DNA from: Octopus bimaculoides
Taxonomy: Eukaryota
Assembly (NCBI RefSeq): GCF_001194135.2
Contig: NC_068982.1
Span: forward strand, 62,064,716-62,100,946
Reading direction: 5' to 3'
Length of the DNA: 36,231 nucleotides
Position numbers and translations under genes: made by a program. This document shows, piece after piece, positions 23,595 through 36,192 of this stretch. The notes under the pieces are model-generated. The model made no database searches and was not told where the DNA came from. It saw only the letters and a list, made by a program, of their open reading frames with translations. The number at the start of each line of letters is the position of its first letter. Positions within the stretch are counted from its first letter, which is position 1.

Positions 23595-24320
23595 CTTTGG
23601 CAAGGTCCTTCCACATGGGTTGTGTGAAACTCCTTCGTCTCTCTGCTATCATACATATACTTGCACATATCCCTACTAACATAGTATTCTCTCTTGCACA
23701 TAATAGTAGATTTTTGTTATACCCATTCTTTTCTCTCAGTTATCTGTGCTCTATCATTCACTTATGATAACATCATACATCTGGCAGAGCATGTTGCCTC
23801 ATTTCTTCCCAGTTTTCGCACAGTTTTCTCCTCTCTTGTAAACGGCACGTATCCCCTCGTTTCTGCTCTAACAGAAACGAGTAGATGCATGCCTACACAA
23901 TCTTTACAATCACCATAAATCTACCTTTCACCAAGCTACCGTTGATGGTAGCAATTCTAAGGTTTTAACTAGGAAAAAAGAAGAGAATTTTCCTTGGTAT
24001 AGATGGTGAGTGGATTGTACAAATACCTATAGAAACCATTATAACTAGTTCAGAAATATTTCTAGTGCTCCAGTAAATTCTTTAAAGCTTATGAATATAT
24101 GAAGCTTTCGGGTGGCATCTAGTCCTGTTCCCCTGTTTTATTGTTCCAGAAATGCATTAACGTGTTAATGATTGAGCCCTACTGGTTTTCTCTGCTTTCC
24201 AATCTATAGATCTACTAGATTTCTCTACACCCACCGCGCTCAGAGCAGGGCATTCTATCGAAGGTATTCTCCAGGTCGACAGATCGAAATTAAGTTGCTA
24301 AACACTCCACTTGAGACTGT
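23595..24320 (-). mobile_element. Degenerate RTE-clade LINE remnant
   Basis: Minus: VDLENTFDRMP (FVDLEKAFDRVP-like, ~24290), RKLGRNEA, VQERILC**GYV (VQERRLRWYGHV-like), VEGPC. Confidence 0.75.
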
Positions 24321-24685
24321 CTGACTTGAAATATTGCTATTGTGGTTCCACATTACTTGTTCAAAGCCAAACTACATTTTATTCAGGCTAACCCTATCTT
24401 GTTCTGTCTTTGCTATAACGTAAACGACCACGTATTCAAGACCAATTCAAATAGCTACTGCTGGTTGCTTGTGTAACAATTCGAATGAAAACGATTGGAA
24501 TAAACATTTTAAAAGATGGTGGTTATATATAGCTTGTTAATAAATGTATGCTTTTTCATGTATTAAAATCATTTTGCAGTTACTCCACCTCTTCAAATGA
24601 ATCTAAACACAGCATTGAAAGAACTATACTTGCAATACGATATCTTGTGGTACATATTTAACACTTGGTAATTTCCAGATAGAGT

Positions 24686-24739
24686 TTGTATATTCAACCT
24701 GTGCCACAAGGCTTGTATGTTCAACCTGTGCCACAAGGC
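24686..24739. repeat. 27-bp tandem duplication
   Basis: TTGTAT(A/G)TTCAACCTGTGCCACAAGGC x2. Confidence 0.95.
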
Positions 24740-25022
24740 TTCTCTCAAAGTACTTTATGTTTCACTCACTTTGAATTTTATCATGTTGCGTGAAGTACAC
24801 CAGTAAATTAACTTTGTAAGTAAAGAAAGCTCGACTAGCTAGAAATAACAACCAAATCGCCGTAAAATTATACGCTACCGTTTTACAAAAAGGACGGTCA
24901 CATTGAAAATAATGTAGTTCAAACGACGGTTACACTGAAAATATGTAGTCCATAGAAAAAAAGATGGAATGGTCTTGGCAGGAATATCTTTGATCAGGTA
25001 TTTAATTAGTGACGACTCCAGG

Positions 25023-25026
<4 letters not shown>

Positions 25027-25055
<29 letters not shown>

Positions 25056-25080
25056 GTCGATGACGACAACAACAACAGCA
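25027..25080. repeat. (AAC)n microsatellite
   Basis: Read directly. Confidence 0.95.
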
Positions 25081-25592
25081 ACTTTGTTGTGACTCTCTAA
25101 CTACTTTATGTAAAGGTCCATTAGCTTTGATGCCTCTGCAATTGTGTCTCTCCACTGCAGCTCTTTTAGTCTTGTTGCAGTTTATGCTGCTGCTGCCGTA
25201 CTAGACATTGGGGGGAAAATACCTTCAGATACTTGATTAACTAAGAGAGAAACAGTACAGTAATTAATTAGTATAACAAGAGTAAGTGACTAATTAGAAA
25301 TATATTAAAAAATAATATTTGCTCATCATTCTTTAATGTTTTTCTAATGAATTGTCTAGTCTGAAATAAAATTAGTCGTAAACTCTACTTAGAACAGTAC
25401 ATCTTTCAATACAATCTATATTACACTAATGTAATAATATCAATATTTAAAAATATGGTTTCTAATTAGAAATATGATTGTTGATTATATCAGCACAAAC
25501 AGCAACATTCTGCTGACTTCAATTGCCGATAAGTTACTGCTACACACTCGCAGCTACAACATACTTTATAAAATATTATTTATCTCAAACTG

Positions 25593-25623
<31 letters not shown>

Positions 25624-25750
25624 ACTGCTGCAACTACAGCTGCTGCTGCTAATACTACTACTACTACTACTACTACGACTACTACTACTGCTGCTGCTGC
25701 TTGGTGATACTGATGGTGGATAGTGGCAGTAGCGGTGTGTACGATGATGA
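25593..25750. repeat. GCT/GTT/ACT/GAT trinucleotide cluster
   Basis: Read directly. Confidence 0.9.
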
Positions 25751-28063
25751 TGGAAATGGAAAGAAGAATGCTTAGCATTGGAGAAGAGAGAAAATTTGAC
25801 GATGAAGAAATAAATCAGAAGGAATGAAGAAAGAATTATTATTATAGAAAGAAATCTGGTGGAATCTGGTAAAAGTGCTCAGAACTACTGCTTAAGCAGT
25901 ATAACGATAAAACTCAACAGAGCTGCTGTAACTTAGATTCCAGGGAAAAAATAGAAAAAATAAAAACTTGTTCTACTATTAACACGCGGGAACAAACGAT
26001 AGAAATAAGTGCGTGGGAGAAATTAAACAAGAAATTGAAGTGATATCAAACTTGTACAGGCAATGAAAAGAAAAGCGAGAATGAGCTCACGATTTGCCGT
26101 CTGGATATAAAATAGCTGCTGGGAATGATTATAATAGTAAGAGGTATAACAATGTATATCTGTTAATGGTATTAGCGGTATTAATGGTATTAGTTGTGGC
26201 TTGGGTAAATCAAAAAGGAGTAGTTTGAAAAAGTTCAGTGAAGCATAAAAGCAGGTGAAATAGAACTGACCACAACGGGAAATAAGAAAAATAAACTGTA
26301 AGGGTGTTAAATACCATATGAGTAAATGTTCACTGCCAGAATGTCAGATCTAACTTCAGATATTACTTACCAAAAGTAGATATGCATAACTGGTATAATC
26401 TAGACTTGCGAGAATCTCTCCCTGCGTCACAACCCCACCTCTTAACCCCCCCCCCCCAAATTCTAGAAAAACTACAAGAGAAACCGAGAAGGTACAAATA
26501 ATTTTGACTGTACATGAAAAGTGGTTAAGGTACAAAGTGAAGTTTGTAGTAATTATGTTTGGTTGTTTAAGTAGTGGAATGATGGAAGTTGAAAAAGGAG
26601 CAAGTTAATTTAAGGAAGAAAGTTGGAGTAGGTATATAGATGCAGAACATTCTGTAGTATAAGAGTAAAAGAATATTGAGAAAAGTACCGTTTAGAATTG
26701 TTAAAAAAGACTAAACTTCTCTATCCTAAAGGGATTACCAAACTTTTGGGAACTTGACATGTGGCTCACTGTGGGCAAGAAATAATAATCGTTTTCGATA
26801 TAAAGACAGAAATTTGAGAGGAGAGGACAATCGATTAGATTACTACGGTACTTGGTTGGTACTTTGTTTTATCAATACCAGAAAGGTGTAAAGCAGACCT
26901 GAACATGGTTCGATTAAGAATACTTAGAAGAAACTTCAACAAGATTAAAAAGCTTGACCAAAAGTAATTTACGAAAAAACATGACAAGTTTTACCTTGAA
27001 AGGAAGTACAGCGTTTATGACGAAATATTTATTTTAGTGCTATTATAGACAAAGCAAAGAGGTTTTGAAAAATCAAGATAAAGTGTTACACTGAGAGAAC
27101 AAAGTGAATTTGAATATCACAGACGTTTTAATCAAATCAGATTCGGTTTTACTGTAAAATTCGAGGAAATGCCATCGAAGGGTTACCACCAAATGCAGAA
27201 GAAGCAATTAAAATTTGAGTCGAAATTTGAGGATGTTTGATTATACATGAGGAAAATGTAGGATGGCTCCAAACAATTAAAACTGATCTAGGCAAATGCA
27301 ATGTAGCAAAAATGAATCACCATACTTTAGGGATAGTGTCATGTAGAAGGTAAATACACTATCAAACTGATAAGTACTAGGACCTGACAGTATCCAAGGA
27401 TTTTGGATGAAATATCTGAAATCCTTATACAATCAAATCGGAAACGAATGTGTAGTACAATGAAGTGTACAAGAGTGGATGGTTGAGAGACGAATAACTT
27501 TTATAATGAAAGATCTAACGAAAGGAAATTCATTTGAAAATTATTGCTCGATTTCCTGCCTCAATCTGTTATAAAAGTTACCCGAAGGTATTAATGCTAA
27601 AAAGAACCAAAAACAAAACAAAAAAACCCCAAAACTAACAAAAACATACAAACATTTTGGTCCATAGCAAATTACTACCGTTTGAATGGAAGGTGTACAG
27701 AAAACATTTAAAAATACCAAAAATTTTCTTATCAGCGATAAGAATTTAAGAACTGTGACGACAGGCTAACCTGTGCATGGCGTGAATCAATCTTAAAAAG
27801 GTTTACATTATGGTGCCCTATTTTTTATTGTGGAGTTTCTTAGCATGTTTAGCATAGTTTAAAACCTCATCCATATCCTCACTGATATTGACACACAGGA
27901 AAACTAATTTGATGGTGAACAAAAAATCACTGGGTAGTGTAGCTGTAAAAAGTGAACATCGGCTACTAACTTTCCCCGAATCATCTATGGATGACTTAAA
28001 GTTATTCACAATGTCAAAGGATGTGATCAATTCACTTCTTGAAATATAGGGTGGCTACTGCAG

Positions 28064-28279
28064 TAATTTTGATTTCAAGTTTTGATACAAGGCCAGCAAT
28101 TCCTGTGAGGGAGTGAGTCGATTATGTCAACCCCAGTGCGCAACTGGTTCTTATTTTACCGGCTCTCAAAAGGATAAAAGGTAAAGTTGAACTCGGCGGA
28201 ATTTGAACCCGGAACATACAGAAATTCCGCTACGTATTTTTGCCCGACGTGCTAACGGTTCTACCAGCTCGCCGCCTTA
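28064..28279 (-). mobile_element. SINE family B inserted in Dong RT region
   Basis: Ends CCAGCTCGCCGCCTTA on the plus strand. Confidence 0.87.
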
Positions 28280-28292
28280 AGTTTATTGTAGT

Positions 28293-28512
28293 GATATTGG
28301 TTTCAAATTTTGGCACAAGGCCAGCAAGTTTGGGTGACGGGCTAAGTCGATTACATTGACTCTAGTATTCAGCTAGTACTTATTTTATCGAGCCCGAAAG
28401 GATAAAATGCAAAGTCAACCCAGGCGGAATTTGTACTCAGAACATAAAGACAGATGAATGCCGCTAAGCATTTTACCTGATGTGCTAACCATTCTGCCAG
28501 CTAGCCGCTTTA
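28293..28512 (-). mobile_element. SINE family B, tandem with previous copy
   Basis: Full homology to family B. Confidence 0.87.
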
Positions 28513-29433
28513 AATGTATTGCAGTAGTATTGGAAAGGAGTTTGGTATGGTAGAATGTGTGGCTTTAGTTATAAAGAGGAAGGAGAGCGCGTGTTAGTGA
28601 CATAAATATAGCAAGAACAGATTTTAGAATCTGGTGACAATGCTTATAAATACCTCGTCACACTGAAACTTGATGATATAGAAATGAAGGAAAAATAATA
28701 TATCTAAAAATATTAAAGCTTACACTGAGGTTTAAACTTAATGCAAGGAATTTGATAAATGCTATCAACTTGTGGGCAGTTGCTGTCATGCGTTATAATG
28801 CTGGAATAGTGAATGAACAAAAGATGAAACATATATTTACAGAAAAATGGGAAAATGCAGAGTGTTTCACCCGAAAGCAAATGTCAGCTATTTCTACATG
28901 AAAGAGAAGGTCGGAGGGAGAAGACTTATTAACAATTCTTGACTTGCAAAAAGTGAAGAGCTACTTAAACCTGCTGTAATAGAACTATGACTTACTGCTA
29001 TTGAGAGTGAAGAGAAGAATATATATCAAAGTAGATAATATATGAAAAAAAGGAAGCGTTAAAAGGCTGTTTTATTGTCAGATTTACATCGATATCAAGA
29101 AGTTGAAAAATCATGAATCATCCTGTAAGTGGCTACAGAATAAGGATTTAAAGAGACAAATAGAAATTTTGTTGGTAGCTGCTTAAGATCAAGCGCTCAA
29201 TACCAATTCAGTGCATAAAAATATTTATTGCACCGCTTCAACATATAAAATCTGCCTACGTTATCAGTGAGTAGAAAATACTGATCATATTAAAGCAGAT
29301 TATAAAATATCAGCTTAGAAAGAATACAGGCGACGGCATGCTATGGTCTATCTCAGTTTAGTCCTTTTGTAAAACATTTGAGTATATCTCTTCATACGAA
29401 TAAGTCAATTATGTACCAGAAATCCCTCTAACT

Positions 29434-29500
29434 GTGGCATGGTCAACTTTTTTGAGAAGCGGGCCGACGAGAAATGGTCATTATCAAGCAGACTACATTA

Positions 29501-29542
<42 letters not shown>

Positions 29543-29604
29543 AGGGAATTTTCCGTCAGGCGTACCATTCAGAAAGTCTGCGGGCCGCAGTTTACTCATG
29601 ATTG
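29434..29604. mobile_element. Degenerate hAT (Charlie-like) MITE with internal poly(A)
   Basis: TSD CTCTAACT / CTCTAAAT (7/8, NTCTAGAN-like). Ends GTGGCATGGTCAAC... and ...GCGGGCCGCAGTTTACTCATGATTG. Subterminal GCGGGCC at both ends. Confidence 0.68.
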
Positions 29605-29938
29605 CTCTAAATGAACTTGATAAACCAAAGAATCTCGGAACAAACATCGCAAACCAGATATCCTTATATATGACATGGAAATAGGCAATGTCTCGTAAGA
29701 GATATTTCAATTCCTTCAGACGAAATAGCAAAACAACACAAAGAAGTAAAAAACGACGCTGAATATTAGGGTATGGCGATGTACAGCAACAAAAGTGTAA
29801 GTCATACCAATTTTCACCACCATCCTACCACGTGGAAATGTTAGATTTCATGACAAGCATAAGCGTACTCCAAAGACTTGTGAAAGGTAGTTTCTGTATA
29901 AGGTCTTTAAACAGAAAAAACAGATTGTGCAACGGAGA

Positions 29939-30321
<383 letters not shown>

Positions 30322-30339
30322 ATAATAATAATAATAATG

Positions 30340-30402
<63 letters not shown>

Positions 30403-30418
30403 GTAATAATAATAATAA

Positions 30419-30630
30419 TCATCCTTTCTACTAAAAGTACAAGGCCTGAAATCTTGGAGATAGGTACTAGTCGATTACATTGACCCCAGTGCTTCACTGG
30501 TACTTAATTTATCGACTCCAAAAGAATGAACGGCGAAGTCGACCTCGGCGGAATATGAACTCAGAACGTAAAGACGGGTAAAAAGCATTTTACCCGGCAT
30601 GCTAACGATTCTGTCAGCTCACCGCCTTTA
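30419..30630 (-). mobile_element. SINE family B (array copy 2)
   Basis: Flanked by (AAT)n on both sides. Confidence 0.9.
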
Positions 30631-30649
30631 TAATAATAACAACAACAAC

Positions 30650-30684
<35 letters not shown>

Positions 30685-30696
30685 TAATAATAATAA

Positions 30697-30902
30697 TTTT
30701 TCCTCAAGAGCAGCAATTTTGGGGGAAGGGATGAGTCGAATACATCGGCCTCAGTGCGTGATTGGTACTCATTTTATCGATCTCGAAAGGAAGAAAGGCA
30801 AAGTCGACCTCGACGGAATTTGAACTCAGAACGTTAAAACGGACGAAATGCCGCTAAGCATTTTGCCCGGCATGCTAATGATTCAGCCAGCTCGCCGCCT
30901 TA
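30697..30902 (-). mobile_element. SINE family B (array copy 3)
   Basis: Flanked by (AAT)n and (AAC)/(GAT)n. Confidence 0.9.
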
Positions 30903-31184
30903 AACAACAACAATAAATGATGATAATGATAGTGATGATAAAGATGTTGATAATAATATCTCATTTTGAAATTCATTTTGCCTTTCATATCTCCTAAATC
31001 AATGAAATATATGCCAGTAATATACTAAAATCCTCCATCTATATCCTACCATACGAAATTAGTTTTTTAACTCAGAAAAAGAAAATGAAAGAATTATTGT
31101 ATATAAGCAAATTATACCATGATACGACACAATAACATTATACAATAACAAAAACGTCACGGACTTTATTCAAATAGTTCTCTC

Positions 31185-31363
31185 ATCTTCCTTATTATCA
31201 TTATCATCACTCATCGTCGTCGTCGTCATCATTATCGTCATCATCATCATTGTCATCATCATCATCATCGTCATCATCACATATTTACATCATCTTTATC
31301 GTCCTCGTCATTGTCATCGTCGTTTCCTCCTCCTCCTCCTCCTCCTCCTCCTCCTCCTCCTCC

Positions 31364-31398
<35 letters not shown>

Positions 31399-31418
31399 TT
31401 CATTATCATCATCATCGC
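31185..31418. repeat. (ATC)/(GTC)/(CTC)n trinucleotide cluster
   Basis: Read directly; similar tract at 33272-33350. Confidence 0.93.
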
Positions 31419-32215
31419 CATTTCTAGTTTTGATGTCCATTACCCACTCTCAGTTTTGATATGCTTTGTAAATTAGCTCAACCTCTAAGCTGTATATCTG
31501 TTCATCTTATTTTTTTCCTATATTCGTTAGTGTGAAGAGACCGAATGCAATGCCTGAGCTTAGAGAATATCTTCACGCTGATTTTTCCCTGTTATTACCG
31601 AATTTCTTTTTATCATTTATCAAAATCAACTTTACCGAACTGCGATAAATATGTGCTGCATTTCATTTCTAACACTGAACTGATAGAACTGCACAAAGAA
31701 TCGGAGATTCCTAAATACAAAAGGAATATAATGGTAAAGTGAGTAAATCATTGAGTTGATTATAGAGAATCAATATTATAAAAGGCCACGTCACGTGTTT
31801 CTTATTTTGTTTGCTGTTTTTGCTGTGTTTTTCTAGCTAAACGTTGAGGATCGTTATGGTATTAAATCAGAATGGCCAAAGACATGAATAAAGTTGAAAA
31901 ACAATTTAATGCAGGAAATATAAACAGTTAAATGTGGCAGGTAAGAAATAGCAAAAGTGAAAAAAAAAAAAAAATGGAGGTGGCAGATAAAAATTCCAAA
32001 TGGCAAATAAAAGTTCTGTTAGCTGATAAAATTGTTCATTCGAAAAAGTGTATTCGAAATGACATGTTAAAAATCTGTTTGACAAAAATAAATAGAATAT
32101 GCATGTGTAGGCAGAGTTCAAAATTTCATTGTTAAAATGTCATATTAAAACATCAAGTGTGAATCAATGTTTAAAGGTTTTTCTGCTTCATCAGTGTATG
32201 TGTGTNNNNNNNNNN

Positions 32216-32253
<38 letters not shown>

Positions 32254-32741
32254 ATAAAGATAAGTGAAGGAGAGGAGAAGTGATGAATAGCGTATAGAAG
32301 ATTGAGAGGACGCGAGAAAAGGATTTAGCTTCACAGTGATCGAAAGATCTACCACTATTTATAATTTGTTCGATCGAAGAAAAGGCTCTAGGGTTCGATT
32401 CTCATATGCGTCCGAGCATGATTGGTTAAGCATAACCAATGAGATGTGAAAAGAGAAGCCAGTTAGCGATTAACTGAAAGCAAACTCGTCATCTGAGACA
32501 GTCCCAGTAGCATAACTTCTAGTCGAATGAACGGCATAATCATAATTGAATTCAGTGGGACTAGAAGACAGCTGGTTAGCGACATCATAGATGCTACAAT
32601 TTCCTTCTCTGTCAAGGTATTTGAAGACGGAAGGAAAAGGCAGTAATTGTGTTCAAGAAGTGGAAGGGAGAGAAATAGCCAGCAGCCAGCCAGCAAGCGA
32701 AATAGGCAGTCAGGCGAGCAGACAGTGAAATATAAGAAAGG

Positions 32742-32794
32742 ATGGGAGGATGTGTGAAAGAGGAAGAGATGGCGAAGAACAAGAAAGTAAAAGG
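32742..32794 (+). CDS. Tentative first coding exon MGGCVKEEEMAKNKKVK(G)
   Basis: AGGATGG Kozak context, open frame to AGG|GTAAGA donor, in a non-repeat region downstream of paired CCAAT boxes. No downstream exon is visible. Confidence 0.2.
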
Positions 32795-33906
32795 GTAAGA
32801 GCGCAGTAATTGAAAAGAAGTGAAATCAACTCTTTTCAAATATACAACAGGTAATTATTGCAAGACAAATAAACGAAGAAATTCTCAGCCATGGGGAAAT
32901 TGTTGGATTTCGAATTGCAGAAAGAAGAAGCAACTTATAAGGAAACAACATGAAACACACGAAGAAACAAAAGCAATGCGCGAAACAATGAAACACAAGA
33001 AGAAATTGGAGCTAGGTTTGTCGTACCTGTTATTTCTCTCTAATTACCACTGAATCAGCGATTATTGATTTATTACATCACAGCTGTAATATGTTAGATT
33101 TATAAAATAAAGGAAAGGAAAGATTGTGTGGCATAATCTAGCATGGATTTAATAATGTTAATAAATATATTTAATCCCCAAAAGTATATTCAGTTGAAAT
33201 GTTATCTAAATAAGGTGATAAGTGCATTACTCTTAAAGCTGTTTGCCGCGAGTCTCCTGCTATTCTGTTGTATATCATCATCACCATCGTTGTTGTCATC
33301 GTTATCGTCATCATTGTCATCGTCATCATCTTCGTCGTAGCTGTCGTCCGTTGTTTTAATATTATTACCCCCCCACCACCTGCTAGAATGGACTGTTTAG
33401 GTGTGTTGTACAGTTTGGAGTCCCTCATTTTAATCTTGCAATCTTATCTGTGAGACCTAATTACTTAAGATCTGACCTAACCGCTTCTTTCCATACCTTC
33501 CCCAAAACTTTCCCAATCATAAGTACCGTACTTTAACCTTTTCCAAATTAATCTACCTGATATAGCCCACCTCTCTATCTATGATACAAAAAATCTCATT
33601 TTAAAATCATATCTAAATTTAAACCTTCCATCATAATTTTATATAAGAACCTAGTGCTAAGGTTAGGTTCCAAATATCTTCCCGATAAAGTGTATACTAT
33701 TAAATAGAAGGCTACAAAAAGGTTAACTGGCCCCAAAGATGCAACAGAAGCATACCTATAGAACAGCTGAAGTAAGCAGGAAAGACGGTTGCAGTACATA
33801 ATGAGTGACGGGTATTGGGAGATTATATTTGCTTCATTTCTCTCCTCCTCTTGTATTTCTCCAACATATATAATCATCATGTTTAGCCACCATGAAGCAT
33901 TTACAC

Positions 33907-34125
33907 GGCGAGCTGGCAGGATCGCTGAATCGTTACCGCGCTGAACAAAATTACTCAGCAACATTCCTTCTGACTTTACGTTCCGATTTCAAATGACGCC
34001 GGGCTCGACTTCGCCTTTCATCCTTTCGGGATCGATGAAATAAGTACCAGTCAAGTACTGAGGTCGATCTAATCGACTACTCCATCCCTTAAAATTGCTG
34101 ACCATGTGCCAAAATTTAAAACCAA
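33907..34125 (+). mobile_element. SINE family B
   Basis: Full homology; directly abuts a family A copy. Confidence 0.87.
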
Positions 34126-34282
34126 GCGTGGCTGTGTGGTAAAAAGCTTGCTTCCCAACTGCATAGCTCCGGGTTCACTCCCACTGCGTGGCACCTAGGG
34201 CAAGTGTCTTCCACTATAGCCTCGGGTCGACTAATGCCTTGTGAGTGGATTTGGTAGACGGAAACTGAAAAAAGCCCATTGT

Positions 34283-34283
<1 letters not shown>
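34126..34283 (+). mobile_element. SINE family A, well preserved
   Basis: GCGTGGCTGTGTGG...GGGTTCACTCCC...CACCTAGGGCAAGTGTC...AGACGGAAACTG; followed by (TA)n. Confidence 0.9.

Positions 34284-34285
<2 letters not shown>

Positions 34286-34355
<70 letters not shown>
34286..34355. repeat. (TA)n microsatellite
   Basis: Read directly. Confidence 0.98.
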
Positions 34356-34359
<4 letters not shown>

Positions 34360-34528
34360 GTCATCTCATAAATAAGGCGGTTTATTTCAACTGCATGAAA
34401 TAAAAGTCGGAGTAAGGGCGGGATAAACTACCCGTATCAACTTGCTATAAAAGCAGGTAGTAATTTTACCTTGAACTTATTCTTAGTGCAAGCTTTGAAG
34501 AGTGCAGCTCAATTTTAACAGTTATTGG
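34356..34528 (+). mobile_element. Probable mariner terminal fragment
   Basis: TA|TTGGGTCATCTCATAAATAAGGCGGTTT resembles the TA|TTGGGT mariner end at 611; no coding sequence seen. Confidence 0.5.
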
Positions 34529-34530
34529 TC

Positions 34531-34650
34531 CTGGGGAATCTGAACTGAGAACGTAATCTGGCAGAATCTGAACTCAGAACGTAAAGACCGACGAAATGCC
34601 GCTCAGCATTTTGCCCGGCGTGCTAACGATTCTGCCAGCTCGCAACCTTA
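34531..34650 (-). mobile_element. Partial SINE family B (head) with small internal duplication
   Basis: GAATCTGAACT(G/C)AGAACGTAA occurs twice. Confidence 0.82.
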
Positions 34651-34931
34651 TCCTTCAATATTAATATTACTCACCACTAATCTATGCTTCGTGGTACAGG
34701 AAATGAGTTAGTTGTCCGCAATCATCTGCTGCAACTATAGTCTAGTGAATGCAAAGTCAATCTGACTTTCATTCTCATATGAGTTGTTGACTGGTTGGAT
34801 TGTCGAAGTTGCAGTTGAAATGTTTGGGGTCGTTTGTATGATAGAAATCAAGGAGTTTTGATCAAAGCTTTATGGATTTCTTTATATCTGTCCTAGAGTT
34901 CCCTGATATATATTAATATCAAAATCACCAG

Positions 34932-35328
34932 TAAGGCGGGGAGCTGGTAGAATCGTTCGCACGCCGACCAAAATGCTTAGCGGCATTTCGTCCGTCTTTA
35001 CCTTATGATTTCAAATTCCACCAAGGTCAACTTTGCCTTTCATCCTTTCAGGGTTGATAAAATAAAGTACCAGTTGATCCCTGGGGTCGATATAATCAAC
35101 TTACACTCTCCATCGAAGTTGCTAGCTTCGTGCCAAAATTTGAAACCAATATTAAAATTGCCGTTTACGTTCTGAGTTTAAATTCTACCGAAGTCGACTT
35201 TGCCTTTCATATTTTCGGAATCGATAAAAGAAATACCTGTTGAAGACTGGAGTCAATATAATCGATTTACATCCTTCCCTGAACTTGCTGGCTTTGTGCC
35301 AAAATTTGAAACCAATATTAAAATCACC
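34932..35328 (+). mobile_element. SINE family B plus tandem duplicate of its 3' ~165 bp
   Basis: AATAT(C/T)AAAAT(CA/TG)CC at 34915, 35148 and 35314. Confidence 0.85.
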
Positions 35329-35861
35329 GTCTCTGACTGATATTTCTACGATCGATTGCCTAAGTAGTCTGCATTAGGGCATTATGTCTGCCTTACTCGT
35401 GGAATATATTCTGAGGTCACAGACGCTACAATGTTATCGGTTAATAGTAAAATTTTAATTCTATTCATTCTAGCTTCCTCAATGACGCTATCTACCTACT
35501 TCTCTACTTCTGACTTATGGATGTGTCTAGAACTGGCAGGAATGTTTTTGCGATAAAACAAGCCATTTTACTCTATCTATTAATTGAGAATTAAGTCGAT
35601 GTTAGCTGTGTTGAAAAAAAAAAAAAAAATTTTTTTGACGTTATTCAGCTGTTCTTTACTCTAATTTCTCGACTCCTGCATTTTCTTTATCTAATACTTA
35701 TCTATGAAACCACTAAATATCTACTTTTCGTCTCAAACACAAGTAATCTAACGTTATTCTATTCTCACACTAATTTTCAATATACTTGAATTGCTGAGAG
35801 CAACATTTATCATTTATGAAGATTTCTTATCTTTCGGTTAAAACACAAATATAAGGGAACA

Positions 35862-35887
35862 ACAACAACAACCACAACAACAGCCGC

Positions 35888-35922
<35 letters not shown>

Positions 35923-35962
35923 CCAGCAACAACAAAAATGATGACGATGATGATGATAATAA
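35862..35962. repeat. (AAC)n/(GAT)n microsatellite
   Basis: Read directly; terminal (TA)n at 36195-36231. Confidence 0.95.
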
Positions 35963-36192
35963 ATTTAGGAATTTGCATAAATGCAATCGATGTTACATGT
36001 GTGCAACGTGTTTAAGCATACTACAGCTATTGGTATTTACATATACACGCAGGCACATACATATGCAATTGCAAACACAACCATGTACAACACACCCACA
36101 CACGTACGCACAAACGCATGCACACGCACGCACACGCTTATGCACATACACATGTGCACAGACACACAACACAAAACATGACAAAATATCAT

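Larger units (their letters stand above)
26895..29938 (+). mobile_element. Dong/R4-clade (RLE-type) non-LTR retrotransposon, heavily decayed and interrupted
   Basis: Colinear motifs: ERKY...IKCYTER..NQIRFY (27000-27150), PNAEEAIKF (27188), NLCMA*INLKKVY.MVP (27768), MDDLKLF (27986), YKYL (28645), KLNARNLINAINLWAVAVMRYNAGIV, HPKAN...GGRRL (28867), DQALNT and KEYRRRH (29188-29340), RLE motif HRKPDILI (29645), VIPI. Ends at (ACT)n. Confidence 0.86.

Noticed and set aside
25770-26730. 5' extension of the Dong/R4 ORF
   Set aside because: Composition is compatible, but no motif could be matched with confidence.
31531-31738. Exon bounded by a polypyrimidine-AG and GTGAGT
   Set aside because: All three frames contain stops; a non-coding exon cannot be supported from sequence alone.
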